A stretch of 64,000 nucleotides of DNA from Ignavibacteriota bacterium. Its GTDB lineage: Bacteria; Bacteroidota; Ignavibacteria; Tepidaquicellales; Tepidaquicellaceae. A program made the position numbers and the translations under genes. Of the stretch, positions 42,686 to 53,347 are shown one piece after another. How positions within the stretch are numbered: position 1 is the first letter of the stretch; each line of letters opens with the position of its first letter. The stretch is from positions 86,187-150,186 of the forward strand of contig JACREY010000017.1 in assembly GCA_016218085.1 (NCBI GenBank). Direction: 5' to 3'. The notes beneath the pieces are model-generated. The model saw only the letters and a list, made by a program, of their open reading frames with translations, was not told where the DNA came from and searched no databases.

Positions 42686-43948
42686 ATGGATTACTTAATA
42701 AAAGATATAACCAACCTGGTTACCTGCAAGAGCAATTCCGGAAAGCCCAAGGAAGGTTCCGGACAGTCCGAAATAGTACTGATTAAAAACGGCAATGTGT
42801 TTATCGAAGGAGAAAAAATCTCTTTTGCAGGCACCGGTACTGAACTGAAAACATATTTAAAGGATTACAAAGGCAAATATGAAGTTTTAGAAGGAAAGAA
42901 CAGGACGGTCATGCCCGGGTTCATAGATTCACACACACACCTTGTGTTTGCGGGTTCGCGCTCTGATGAATACGAAATGAGAATAAAAGGAAGCAGTTAC
43001 GAAGAAATAGCCAAAGCCGGAGGAGGAATAGCATCAACCGTGAATGCAGTGCGCAATGCAACACCCGAAGAGCTTTTCAGGTTATCCGAAAAGCGTCTCG
43101 GGAACTTTCTTTTTTACGGCACAACAACTCTCGAGGCAAAGTCAGGTTACGGACTCGACCTGAAGAATGAAATCAAGATGCTTGAAGTAATAAACAAGCT
43201 GAACCTGAAAAACAGATACGGCATAAACATAATACCGACTTTTCTCGGCGCTCATTCAGTACCAAAGGATATGAGCAAAAGGGACTACATAGATTTAATC
43301 TGTTTCGAAATGATTCCGCAGATTGCAAAGAAGAAACTCGCGAAGTTTATTGATGTTTTCTGCGAGAAAAATTATTTCGATGCGGCAGAAACAGAGAGCA
43401 TACTGTCGCTCGGTGCAAAATTCGGGTTAATTCCGAGGGTTCACACGGACCAGTTCAATTCAATAGGCGGAGTTGATGCAGCAATCAGGGCAAACGCTAT
43501 ATCGGTTGACCATCTCGAAGTCCTCAAGAAAAGGGATATAAGAAAACTGTCTGGTAAAAATATAATTGCAACCCTGCTTCCGGGAACATCATATTTCCTG
43601 AATATCCCCTATCAGCCGGCACGTGAATTAATCGGGAGTAATGTGCCCGTAGCACTTGCAACGGATTTCAATCCCGGCAGCTGCATGACGGAAAATCTTC
43701 AGATAATTATGTCACTTGCCTCGCTGAAGCTGAAAATGTCTGCAGAAGAAATCATAAATGCTGTAACTTATAACGCTGCCTGCTCACTATTCCTCCAGAA
43801 CTCATACGGCAGCATCGAAAAAGGAAAGTATGCAGATTTACTAATATTTGATTTTCCTTCTTACAAAGACCTACTGTATCATTTTGCGGTAAACGGACTT
43901 GAATTCGTTTTTAAAAAAGGAAAAAAATCAGAAGTCGAAAGGTTTTAA
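42686..43948 (+). CDS. hutI: Imidazolonepropionase
   Basis: PGFIDSHTHLVFAGSR, E.KSGYGL, HTDQ.., ATDFNPGS. Confidence 0.9.
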   Translation: MDYLIKDITNLVTCKSNSGKPKEGSGQSEIVLIKNGNVFIEGEKISFAGTGTELKTYLKDYKGKYEVLEGKNRTVMPGFIDSHTHLVFAGSRSDEYEMRIKGSSYEEIAKAGGGIASTVNAVRNATPEELFRLSEKRLGNFLFYGTTTLEAKSGYGLDLKNEIKMLEVINKLNLKNRYGINIIPTFLGAHSVPKDMSKRDYIDLICFEMIPQIAKKKLAKFIDVFCEKNYFDAAETESILSLGAKFGLIPRVHTDQFNSIGGVDAAIRANAISVDHLEVLKKRDIRKLSGKNIIATLLPGTSYFLNIPYQPARELIGSNVPVALATDFNPGSCMTENLQIIMSLASLKLKMSAEEIINAVTYNAACSLFLQNSYGSIEKGKYADLLIFDFPSYKDLLYHFAVNGLEFVFKKGKKSEVERF

Positions 43949-44067
43949 ATAAATATTTTTACAGAGACATAGAGTATATTTTTTTTGAACGATTTTATAT
44001 AAAGCGTTGTTAAATTATTATAAAAGCGATTCATAAAATTAATATCTGATTAAATAAAATATTTGAT

Positions 44068-45303
44068 ATGGAACATATGATGCTCGGAGAAGCCGGCAAG
44101 TACAAGGCAATGCTCTTCGAGGGATTAAAAAGACAGTTTGGTTCAAAGCTATCGGATGAGGAAATCTCCGGAATTCTCAGATCAGTAGAGATGTATATAT
44201 CCGAAATGGTTAAGATGATGAGGCAGGGAAAATCCGCTCACGAAAAATTTTTTTCAGATATAATTTTAAAATCACTCGATGCAATAATCGGATTCAGGAA
44301 TGACTGTGAAATTTTCATCTGGAACGAAGGAGCAGAAAGAATTTTCGGGTATAAAAAGGAAGAAGTGCTAGGAAAAGATTTTGAATTTCTGATTCCGGAA
44401 GAGCTTAAGAATAAAGGCGAGAAAGATTATATAATTAACAAAGTAAAAGAAAGCGGATTCATATCCGACCACAAAACACAGAGAGTAACAAAGAGCGGCG
44501 ATATAAAGGAAGTCAGCATATCGAGATTCCCTATCTTCGATGAAAATCACGTATGCATAGGAAATGTAGGGATAATCCGGGATATTACTAATGAAAAAAA
44601 GCTTGAAAGGGAGTTAAGGGAAAGGGAGAATCTTGCACTTATCGGAGAAGTTGTATCCAGCATAGCGCACAATCTTTCGAATCCTCTTAATATTATTTCA
44701 GGAAATGCAGATTATCTCCTGCTCGATAAAAAAGAAAGCGACGACGGATATGAAGAGCTGAAAGTGATAATCGAAGAGACAACGCGCATAACAAAATCGA
44801 TAAGGCAGCTCCTGAATTTTTCGAAGCCCGTAACGCTGACACGCGAACATTTAAATATAAACACCATTCTGAAGGAAATACTGGAGAAAGTTGAATTCAT
44901 GGCAGGAGGCAAAGACATTAATTTTAAGAGCAGTCTTGCAAAGAATCTTCCTGATATAAGCGCAGACAAAGACCTGATACGTGATGTGTTTTTAAACCTG
45001 ATAAATAATGCAATACAGGCATTATCTTCAAATGGTACGATTTCGGTAAAGACCATACATTCAGACAGCATAATAATATCCGAGGTATCCGATACAGGAG
45101 CGGGCATTCCGAAGGAAAATCTCGACAAGATATTCAAACCTTTTTTCAGCACAAAGGGATATGGTAAAGGAACCGGTCTGGGACTTTCCTTTGCCGAGAG
45201 GGTAATCAGGGAACACAGAGGAAAAATAGAAGTGACATCAAAAAAAGGAAAAGGCACTACTTTCAAAATATACCTACCAACGGAAGAAGGACTGCAATTA
45301 TGA
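44068..45303 (+). CDS. PAS-domain sensor histidine kinase (cytoplasmic)
   Basis: PAS core (..W N.GAERIFGY...E..G), H-box SSIAHNLSNPLN, N-box LNLINNAIQA, G-boxes DTGAGIP and GTGLGLS. Confidence 0.85.
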   Translation: MEHMMLGEAGKYKAMLFEGLKRQFGSKLSDEEISGILRSVEMYISEMVKMMRQGKSAHEKFFSDIILKSLDAIIGFRNDCEIFIWNEGAERIFGYKKEEVLGKDFEFLIPEELKNKGEKDYIINKVKESGFISDHKTQRVTKSGDIKEVSISRFPIFDENHVCIGNVGIIRDITNEKKLERELRERENLALIGEVVSSIAHNLSNPLNIISGNADYLLLDKKESDDGYEELKVIIEETTRITKSIRQLLNFSKPVTLTREHLNINTILKEILEKVEFMAGGKDINFKSSLAKNLPDISADKDLIRDVFLNLINNAIQALSSNGTISVKTIHSDSIIISEVSDTGAGIPKENLDKIFKPFFSTKGYGKGTGLGLSFAERVIREHRGKIEVTSKKGKGTTFKIYLPTEEGLQL

Positions 45304-45761
45304 AAAAAATTCCTGCATTAATACCCTTTCTGATTTTACTGCTGATAATTGCGGGTTGTTCGGAGAACAGTGACTCCCCGACTTCATCCCAAACGCAGGT
45401 ATTTCTTTTTGAGCGCAACGGTCTGGTTGACAGCATTGCAGGAACGTGCTCGGCATACATTGTCAGGACAATAATTCTTGATTCAATAGATACCAGGGAT
45501 TTCAGCACTGTGAGGTTTGAGATGAATTCCTATACAGACGGAGATTTATCCAACATAACATTATATTACCTGAAAGACACGGCTGTAAATATTTTTTCGC
45601 TGAGCGGAACGGGAGCAATTAACAACACGACATCAATTACGACGCCATCGCCAAATATAAAAGGTACGCTTTACCTGAGACTGAAGCTTTTTGCAAGCGT
45701 ATGCACAGGTGAATATTACCACCTGAAAATGAAAAATTTAAGAATATTCGGAATAAAATAA
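45300..45761 (+). CDS. Hypothetical lipoprotein (start overlaps the kinase stop, ATGA)
   Basis: Lipobox LLIIAGCSE. No family recognised. Confidence 0.5.
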   Translation: MKKIPALIPFLILLLIIAGCSENSDSPTSSQTQVFLFERNGLVDSIAGTCSAYIVRTIILDSIDTRDFSTVRFEMNSYTDGDLSNITLYYLKDTAVNIFSLSGTGAINNTTSITTPSPNIKGTLYLRLKLFASVCTGEYYHLKMKNLRIFGIK

Positions 45762-45768
45762 CCTGCTT

Positions 45769-47013
45769 CTATTCCAAAAGTTTATCTATGAACTGTATAA
45801 TATCCGTTTTTTGCTTTTCATAATGCTTACCTGTTCCCGGACCTGAGAAACCTGTATAAACTTTTTTCACGTTATGGTTTCTGTCCAGGTACAGAGTTGT
45901 CGGATAGCCCTTAAACTCCTTCATAAACGGCAGTACGTTGAAAATATTGTTCTTCCCGACTTCTCCCGCATACAGAAAATCATTCTTAGCGCCTATCTGC
46001 GATACGAATCTCTGAATTCTCTCTTTGGAATCTTCGAAGTTATTTGACTCGAAACAAAGACCGACAATCTCGAGTCCTTTCGGTTTGTAAGCATCATATA
46101 TTTCCGTAAAGAATCTTGTTTCATCCATGCAGTTCGGGCACCAGGAGCCCATAATCTGGAGTATTACGGCTTTACCTTTATATTTATCAGACAGAGTGAC
46201 TTTATTTCCGTTTAAATCAGTCAGTGTAAAATCCACAACGCCTGTTCCCTCTTTAACGGCAGATTGTTTTTCCGGGTCAGGCAGTTCGGCTTTTTCGTTT
46301 CTTTTTGCAATCCACTTTTCTTTCCAGGTTGGTCCTCCGATAAGTATTCCGTTCTCAAGATTTCCTTCTTTGGAAATGTCCGCTTTAAAAAGCATTGTAT
46401 GGGAGCCATCCAGGCAGGAGAGCATAATTTTATTTCCCGACACAGCACCTTCAAGGTACCTGTAATCCCCTGACGGTGTGAGGAATGTTCCGGTAAGATG
46501 ATTTCCTTTTTGATTGAATTCACCGATAATCATATACTGGTCTGAATCGCCGGGCTGTACTGTGGTTTCCCACCTGCCTGTAATGTCTGCAGCAGGAGGA
46601 GTTTTAGCATTTTCGAATCTTTCGGACTTACCGAATTTAGCAGAGAATGGAAAGGAATATTTGCTTTTGCTTCCGAAATGGAAGTACTCCCCTGAGAGTG
46701 AATCACCTGAAATAATTTTTGCCCTGATTTCATCCCTGAAAACAGGAAGTTTAAAAAATACGGAATCATTTTTCCTGACAATTTCTTTAATAACAATTTT
46801 TTCACCGGCATTCCTGATTACAAGTTCGCTTTTACCATATGTAAAATTAAACGGCAAAAGCTGACTCTTTTCATTTTTATCCATTTCCAGAACACCTACC
46901 CACTCCCCTTCTTTCAGAGCTGCCGTATCTTTTTTCGTGCAGGAGGCAAGAAATACAGAAAACATCAGGGTTATCAGCAAACAGATTATATTGTTTTTCA
47001 TTTTATAAGACAT
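45769..47013 (-). CDS. TlpA/redoxin-family thiol:disulfide oxidoreductase lipoprotein with a ~230-aa N-terminal extra domain
   Basis: Lipobox VFLASCTK. The C-terminal redoxin domain has WCPNC and ..GYPTTLYLD. Confidence 0.75.
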   Translation of the reverse strand: MSYKMKNNIICLLITLMFSVFLASCTKKDTAALKEGEWVGVLEMDKNEKSQLLPFNFTYGKSELVIRNAGEKIVIKEIVRKNDSVFFKLPVFRDEIRAKIISGDSLSGEYFHFGSKSKYSFPFSAKFGKSERFENAKTPPAADITGRWETTVQPGDSDQYMIIGEFNQKGNHLTGTFLTPSGDYRYLEGAVSGNKIMLSCLDGSHTMLFKADISKEGNLENGILIGGPTWKEKWIAKRNEKAELPDPEKQSAVKEGTGVVDFTLTDLNGNKVTLSDKYKGKAVILQIMGSWCPNCMDETRFFTEIYDAYKPKGLEIVGLCFESNNFEDSKERIQRFVSQIGAKNDFLYAGEVGKNNIFNVLPFMKEFKGYPTTLYLDRNHNVKKVYTGFSGPGTGKHYEKQKTDIIQFIDKLLE

Positions 47014-47097
47014 ATAATTAAATATTAATTGAAGTATATTTTTAGTAATATTACGTACATTTTTGCAATTATTTAATATAATAATTTTTCCAGATAA

Positions 47098-49185
47098 ATG
47101 ATATTCCGGGTTAAAATTTCAGCTGTTTTAATGATGACGATAATTTCGTTGCTTGCCAGAGCAGACTGGCAGCCTTCGGGTCCGGGTATGTACGGCGGGA
47201 CAGTATTAAGTCTTTACACAAACAGCACATATATATTCGCAGGAACTGAGGGAAGCGGAATTTACCGTTCATCGGACAACGGCCAGTCGTGGCAGTCAGT
47301 TAACGCCGGAATACTTAACGGAAATGTAAATGCAATTGTTTCCAATGGTACATATATTTTTGCGGGAATTTTCGGTAGAGGTGTTTTCCGTACATCGAAC
47401 AACGGGGACAGCTGGCAGGAAGTGAACACTTCACTTGCAAACAAAAATGTGCTTTGCCTGACTTCAATCGGTACATATATTTTTGCAGGCGCTGACTGCG
47501 GGTTTTACAGGTCAACCAACAACGGCGGAACCTGGACACAGTTAAATCTCGGGGCTTCAAGCTGCGTAACATACCCTGCCAATGCTTCGGTCGGAAATAA
47601 TTTATATGCAGCGGATGCGGAAGGAATACATCATTCAAGTGATTTCGGTGAAACCTGGAGACTTAGAAACGACGGGCTTGTAAACGCAAACATTACAAGG
47701 CTTTCCGTATCGGGTAATAATCTTTTTGCGGGCACCTGGAACGGCGGAGTTTGCAGGACGACAGATTACGGTTTAAACTGGACATCAATTAATAACGGTT
47801 TGCCTTCCACACCATACGTGACAGCTTTATATTGCGAGGGTACATTTGTTCTTGCAGGGTTGATGTATGCAGGAATATATTATTCTTCAAATACGGGGAG
47901 TAACTGGCAGAATATAAATCCGGGCTACACCGTCAGTACGAGCATAAATGCATTTGCCAAAAACGGCAATAGAATTTTTTCAGGTATTCAGAATACAGGA
48001 ATATTATCATCGGATAATCTCGGGATAAACTGGCAGACACTGAACAACGGATTAAATGCAGCAAATGTCTATTCACTCAATCAAAATGCAAATTACATAT
48101 TTGCGGGTACTGAAGGAAACGGAATTTTCCGCTCGTCCGATAACGGATTAACGTGGACGGAAGCAAATTCAGGAATAACAAAAAAGGACATCAGAGTCAT
48201 CATTTCAGATAACAGTTTCACCTGGGCAGGCTCATATTTCGGTGGAATTTACCGAACTTCAGACAACGGTACCGGCTGGATGCAGGTGAATACCGGACTG
48301 GCAGACACCTGTATTAACACTTTATTTTTATACAACAATTTTCTTTTCTCGGGCACGAGGTCGGGCGGGGCATTCCGCTCATCTAATAATGGCACCAGCT
48401 GGCAAGCAATAAATACAGGCTTGACCGATGTTAACATATCAGATTTTGCCTTATGCGGGGGAAAACTTTTCATCGGTACTACCGACGGGATATTCTTTTC
48501 AACGGACAACGGAAGCATATGGCAGTCAGCAGGAAGTCAGGTAAGCCACATAACGGTAACATCTCTTGCGGCCGAAGGAAACAGCATATTTGCCGGAACG
48601 ATGGGCGGGATTTTCCGCTCGACGAACAGCGGAATAAACTGGACCGAATCTAATTCGGGAATGACTGATTTATTCATACAGAAGCTTTTTATATCGGGCA
48701 CGAATATTTTTGCAGGAACATACAACGGAGTATTCATGTCTTCCAATAGCGGAGCAACCTGGACGCTCAAGAATACCGGGCTCTTCAATACAAACATTCA
48801 TTCATTTTTAATCAGAGGAAGTAAAATTTTCACAGGAACATTCGGGGCATCGGTATGGAGCAGACAGCTATCGGAATTAATTACATCGGCAGGAAGCACA
48901 GGAACCGGCATTCCGTATAGTTACCTGCTTGAACAGAATTATCCGAACCCTTTCAATCCTGTTACAACAATCAGGTTTAAAATCCCTGTAAGCGGATTTA
49001 CTGAGCTAAAAATTACAGATATCAACGGAAGAGAAATCACTGAACTTCTGGGTAAGTATTTGTCCGGCGGGAAATACGAAATAAACTTCAGTCCTGATTC
49101 ATATAACCTCTCATCCGGAATATATTTCTATTCTTTTAAATCAGGAGATTTCAAAGCAGTCGGAAAGATGCTTTACATAAAATAG
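47098..49185 (+). CDS. T9SS-secreted multi-blade BNR/sortilin-like beta-propeller protein
   Basis: More than 12 repeats of ..IFAGT..GIFRSSDNG.SW...N.GL.., and a C-terminal T9SS domain (EQNYPNPFNPVTTIRF..LKITDINGREI..GIYFYSF). Confidence 0.8.
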   Translation: MIFRVKISAVLMMTIISLLARADWQPSGPGMYGGTVLSLYTNSTYIFAGTEGSGIYRSSDNGQSWQSVNAGILNGNVNAIVSNGTYIFAGIFGRGVFRTSNNGDSWQEVNTSLANKNVLCLTSIGTYIFAGADCGFYRSTNNGGTWTQLNLGASSCVTYPANASVGNNLYAADAEGIHHSSDFGETWRLRNDGLVNANITRLSVSGNNLFAGTWNGGVCRTTDYGLNWTSINNGLPSTPYVTALYCEGTFVLAGLMYAGIYYSSNTGSNWQNINPGYTVSTSINAFAKNGNRIFSGIQNTGILSSDNLGINWQTLNNGLNAANVYSLNQNANYIFAGTEGNGIFRSSDNGLTWTEANSGITKKDIRVIISDNSFTWAGSYFGGIYRTSDNGTGWMQVNTGLADTCINTLFLYNNFLFSGTRSGGAFRSSNNGTSWQAINTGLTDVNISDFALCGGKLFIGTTDGIFFSTDNGSIWQSAGSQVSHITVTSLAAEGNSIFAGTMGGIFRSTNSGINWTESNSGMTDLFIQKLFISGTNIFAGTYNGVFMSSNSGATWTLKNTGLFNTNIHSFLIRGSKIFTGTFGASVWSRQLSELITSAGSTGTGIPYSYLLEQNYPNPFNPVTTIRFKIPVSGFTELKITDINGREITELLGKYLSGGKYEINFSPDSYNLSSGIYFYSFKSGDFKAVGKMLYIK

Positions 49186-49278
49186 CACAGGATTAATTTT
49201 CATTTTTTTAATCTGTTGTAAAATTGGAACTTTATAACAGCATCTTGCATTATTAATCAAAATTGTTATATTCTGTAA

Positions 49279-50271
49279 ATGATTGATTTTTTATTAAATA
49301 TATTGAATTTTGATTCGACTTCCGGTTCCGAAAACAATCTCGTAAAATACATTCTCGAAAACCATAATCATTCAAAATCGGAAGCGGAGATACAGGAAAC
49401 CGAAGGCGGCAGGCTTAATATTTTTTTTAAGCACGGCGAGCCGAGAATTATTTTCTGTTCGCACCTGGACACTGTTCCGCCTTATATTCCGCCTGTAAAG
49501 AAAGACGATATCATTTACGGCAGGGGCTCCTGTGATGCAAAAGGACAGATTGCGTATCTGTTTGAAGTTTACAGACAGCTGGTAGAAGAAGGATACAATA
49601 ATATCGGTATGCTGATGGTCAGCGGAGAGGAAGACGGCTCGCAGGGAGCAAGAAGAGCGAACAGGGATATCAGGAACTGCGATTATATTTTTATAGGAGA
49701 GCCGACAGAAAATAAATTAATCAAAGCTTCGAAAGGAAACCTTCTTGTTAATGCAACTTTCAGGGGAAAGAACTGCCACTCGGGTTATCCGCAATACGGT
49801 GATAATGCGATAGACAGGATGTTCGGGTTTTTCAGAAAACTTGAGAGTATAAACTTCGAAGAAGACTCCGTTTTAGGGAAGACTACATACAACATCGGCA
49901 GGCTGGAATCTAACAATGCGCAGAATGTTGTTGCAGATATGGTTAAATGCAAAATATTTTTCAGGACAACTTTTAAAACAAATGATATTCTGAAAAGCAG
50001 GCTGAACGAAATAAAGGATGACAGGACAGAATTGGAATTTGTTTACGGTGATGAGCCGATTTATTTTCACACCGTGGACGGATTCGACACAAATGTTGTT
50101 TCATACGGAACAGACGCTCCCGAATTCAGGAATATTAAAAATAAAATATTATACGGACCGGGAAGCATACTAAATGCGCATACGCAAAATGAGTTTGTTA
50201 AAATAAAAGATTTACATAAAGCAGTAGAAGACGTAAAATTAATATTTAAGAAAATAGTTAATGAAAATTAA
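49279..50271 (+). CDS. M20-family metallohydrolase (ArgE/DapE-like), probably the desuccinylase of the adjacent DAP pathway
   Basis: SHLDTVP, GRGSCDAKG, SGEEDGS, and its position as first gene of the lysine operon. Confidence 0.75.
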   Translation: MIDFLLNILNFDSTSGSENNLVKYILENHNHSKSEAEIQETEGGRLNIFFKHGEPRIIFCSHLDTVPPYIPPVKKDDIIYGRGSCDAKGQIAYLFEVYRQLVEEGYNNIGMLMVSGEEDGSQGARRANRDIRNCDYIFIGEPTENKLIKASKGNLLVNATFRGKNCHSGYPQYGDNAIDRMFGFFRKLESINFEEDSVLGKTTYNIGRLESNNAQNVVADMVKCKIFFRTTFKTNDILKSRLNEIKDDRTELEFVYGDEPIYFHTVDGFDTNVVSYGTDAPEFRNIKNKILYGPGSILNAHTQNEFVKIKDLHKAVEDVKLIFKKIVNEN

Positions 50272-51307
50272 AGCAGGAATACTGGGTTGCACGGGTGCAG
50301 TCGGGCAGAAGCTCGTATCGCTGCTTTCCGCTCATCCGGATTTTGAAATAACAGAAATAGCGGCATCGGAAAACTCCGCGGGGAAAAAATACGTAGAAGC
50401 TGTCAACTGGAAAGAGCAGACGCAGATACCAGATTCGGTAAAATCAATGACAGTAAAGAAATGCGAGCCGGAACTGGATGCAGAGATATTATTTTCGGGA
50501 CTCGATTCATCGGTAGCAGGAAAAATCGAGGCGGATTTTGCAAAGGCGGGATATATAGTAGTAAGCAATTCCAAAAATCACAGGATGGAGGAAGATGTTC
50601 CTCTTGTCATTCCCGAAGTGAATGCGGAGCATTTCAATTTAATAGACATACAGAAGAAGAGATGGAATTCCGGCGGATTCATTGTCACAAATCCGAACTG
50701 TTCAACCATTGCGCTGGCAATATCACTCTATCCTATTCATAAAAAATTCGGAATTTCAAAAGTAATGGTGACGACGATGCAGGCGATATCGGGAGCCGGC
50801 TATCCGGGAGTGCCTTCGCTCGATATACTCGGGAATGTAATTCCTCATATAAAAGATGAAGAGGAAAAAATCCAGACTGAAACGCAAAAAATTTTAGGAA
50901 ATTATGAAAACGGAAAAATAAACTTTGCAGGCATTAAAGTATCTGCTGCATGCAACCGCGTGCCTGTGAGGGATGGACATACCCTTTCGGTTTCGGTGGA
51001 GTTAATAAAGAAGGCATCGAAAGAGGAAATCATAAAATCGTTTAATCAGATTGAAAACTTCGGATACGCATTTTCTCCCGAAAAGGTAATCGAATATACT
51101 GACGACCCATACAGGCCGCAGCCGCTGCTTGACGGAAATCTTGATAAAGGGATGAGAGTCACAACAGGAAATTTAAGGAAATGCAATATTCTTGACTGGA
51201 AATTCACTGCACTCGGACACAACACAATACGCGGCGCTGCCGGGGCGGCGATATTAAACGCTGAATGGCTCATTCACAACGGCTACACAGAAAGGAAAAA
51301 GAAATAA
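50261..51307 (+). CDS. asd: Aspartate-semialdehyde dehydrogenase
   Basis: GILGCTGAVGQ, active-site NPNCSTI, ..GHNTIRGAAG. Confidence 0.9.
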   Translation: MKIKAGILGCTGAVGQKLVSLLSAHPDFEITEIAASENSAGKKYVEAVNWKEQTQIPDSVKSMTVKKCEPELDAEILFSGLDSSVAGKIEADFAKAGYIVVSNSKNHRMEEDVPLVIPEVNAEHFNLIDIQKKRWNSGGFIVTNPNCSTIALAISLYPIHKKFGISKVMVTTMQAISGAGYPGVPSLDILGNVIPHIKDEEEKIQTETQKILGNYENGKINFAGIKVSAACNRVPVRDGHTLSVSVELIKKASKEEIIKSFNQIENFGYAFSPEKVIEYTDDPYRPQPLLDGNLDKGMRVTTGNLRKCNILDWKFTALGHNTIRGAAGAAILNAEWLIHNGYTERKKK

Positions 51308-52659
51308 TGATAGTGATGAAATTCGGCGGAACATCCGTGCAGGACGCAGAGGCAATGGCAAGGGTAATAAGCATTGTAAAGACAAGGCTGAAGAGAAAAC
51401 CTGTTGTCGTTTCATCAGCAACGGCAAAGACAACGGACACACTGCTGAATTGCTGCAGGACAGCCGCTGAAGGCAACTATGAAAAAGCAACGGATATAAT
51501 CAGGCAGATAAAAGACAGACACATTAAGATTTCATCCGAACTGATTAAGGACGAAGCAAAACTTGAAGAGCTTAAGGTTAAGATAAAAGACCTGTTGGAC
51601 GGACTTCGCGATATTATTAAAGGTATTTATCTTTTATCAGAATTATCAGAAAGGAGCATAGCAAAAGTCGCTTCACACGGCGAACTATTATCAACGTTAA
51701 TACTTTCATATGCTTTCAATGAAAGCGGGATAAAGACAGAATATGTTGACGCGAGGGATTTTATGTATACGAATAAGGATTTTTCGAATGCAGAGCCGCT
51801 GTTCGACGTGATTTGCAGCAAGGCACCTGTGAGGTTAGATAAAATTCTCAATTCGGGGAAAGTGGTTGTCACGCAGGGTTTCATTGCAAGTACGCAGGAC
51901 GGTATAACTACAACATTCAGCCGCGGCGGCTCGGATTACTCCGCTTCCATTATAGGGATGGCGATGAATGCGGAAGAGGTGGAAATTTGGACAGATGTTG
52001 ACGGAATTCTTACTGCGGACCCGATGATAGTAGAAGAGACAAAAATTATCGATGAAATTACTTTCAAGGAAGCGGCGGAGCTTGCATTTTTCGGAGCAAA
52101 GGTACTGCATCCATCGACAATAATCCCGGCAGTAGAAAAGAATATTCCCGTGAGGGTGCTGAACTCGCACTACCCCGAAAGGAAAGGAACGCTGATAAAG
52201 AAAAGCATAAATGAAAAAGATTCCTTTATAAAATCCATCACAAGCAAGAAAGAAATTACCGTGCTTAACATATACTCGCCGAAGATGCTTCTTGCACACG
52301 GTTTCCTTAAAAAAATATTTGAGGTCTTCGACAAGCATAAAACTTCTGTTGATGTAATTACAACATCAGAAGTAAACGTATCGCTCACGCTCGATAATGA
52401 TGAGAGCATAGAAGGCATCATAAAAGAGCTTTCTGAATTCTCTGAAGTAAACGTGGACAGGGATAAATCGCTTGTATGCATTGTCGGCAGTAATTTGAAA
52501 TACATTCCCGGGGTGGCAAAGAAAGTTTTCCAGGTGCTGGGAGAATTCAACATCACGATGATTTCGCAGGGAGCATCGGTAATAAATATCAGTTTTGTAG
52601 TGGACAGGGACAAGCTAAATGATGTGATTAAAACTCTTCATAAAGAATTTTTCGGATAA
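51307..52659 (+). CDS. lysC: Aspartate kinase
   Basis: MIVMKFGGTSV, ..RGGSDYSA.., C-terminal ACT repeats. The ATG at 51307 overlaps the asd stop (TAATG) and is preferred over 51265. Confidence 0.9.
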   Translation: MIVMKFGGTSVQDAEAMARVISIVKTRLKRKPVVVSSATAKTTDTLLNCCRTAAEGNYEKATDIIRQIKDRHIKISSELIKDEAKLEELKVKIKDLLDGLRDIIKGIYLLSELSERSIAKVASHGELLSTLILSYAFNESGIKTEYVDARDFMYTNKDFSNAEPLFDVICSKAPVRLDKILNSGKVVVTQGFIASTQDGITTTFSRGGSDYSASIIGMAMNAEEVEIWTDVDGILTADPMIVEETKIIDEITFKEAAELAFFGAKVLHPSTIIPAVEKNIPVRVLNSHYPERKGTLIKKSINEKDSFIKSITSKKEITVLNIYSPKMLLAHGFLKKIFEVFDKHKTSVDVITTSEVNVSLTLDNDESIEGIIKELSEFSEVNVDRDKSLVCIVGSNLKYIPGVAKKVFQVLGEFNITMISQGASVINISFVVDRDKLNDVIKTLHKEFFG

Positions 52660-52663
52660 AAAT

Positions 52664-53347
52664 ATGAAAATAACATTAACCGGTTACGGCAAGATGGGCA
52701 GAGAGGTGGAGAAAATTCTCCTTCAGCGCGGACACTCCGCAGGCAGGATTATTACAAGACCGGAGGAATTAAAATCAGCAAAGCCCGACAAATCATGCTG
52801 TATTGATTTCTCGACACCGGATGCTTTCAGAAAAAACTACAAATTAATTGCAGATAAGTTTGTAGGTGCAATAGTCGGAACAACGGGCTGGTACGACATC
52901 TTGCCGCAGGTAAAGAAATATTTTACCGCTAAAAAGAAGAAACTGATATACGGGACAAATTTTTCTGTCGGAGTAAATATTTTGTTTGAAGTTACCGGTT
53001 ATGCTTCGGAACTGCTAGGGAAGTTTGATTACAATCCATACATCATCGAGCTTCATCATAAAGAAAAAAAAGATGCTCCTTCGGGAACAGCCGTAACACT
53101 AAAAAATATTATCGGTGAAAATTTCGAAACAGACATTCCGGTATCTTCTTTAAGGAGAGGTTTTATAAAAGGTATTCACGATATCGGTTTTGAATCCGAG
53201 ATAGACAAAATTAATATCAGGCACGAAGCATATTCGAGGCAGGGGTTTGCAATGGGTGCTGTGCTTGCGGCGGAATGGATAAATAATGTAAAAGGTACGA
53301 TTGAATTCAAGGAATTATTCAAACAAAAAATAAAAAACTTAAAATGA
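52664..53347 (+). CDS. dapB: 4-hydroxy-tetrahydrodipicolinate reductase
   Basis: GYGKMG.., E.HH..K.DAPSGTA motif. Confidence 0.85.
   Translation: MKITLTGYGKMGREVEKILLQRGHSAGRIITRPEELKSAKPDKSCCIDFSTPDAFRKNYKLIADKFVGAIVGTTGWYDILPQVKKYFTAKKKKLIYGTNFSVGVNILFEVTGYASELLGKFDYNPYIIELHHKEKKDAPSGTAVTLKNIIGENFETDIPVSSLRRGFIKGIHDIGFESEIDKINIRHEAYSRQGFAMGAVLAAEWINNVKGTIEFKELFKQKIKNLK

Noticed and set aside
42501-42698. 65-aa ORF immediately upstream of and overlapping the hutI start
   Set aside because: It has an alternative start codon and no motif, and it overlaps the hutI initiation region. It lies in the hairpin-rich spacer.
49186-49278. Expected lysine riboswitch (L-box) upstream of the lysine operon
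   Set aside because: The spacer is only 93 nt and AT-rich. It lacks the multi-helix GC-containing core an L-box needs.
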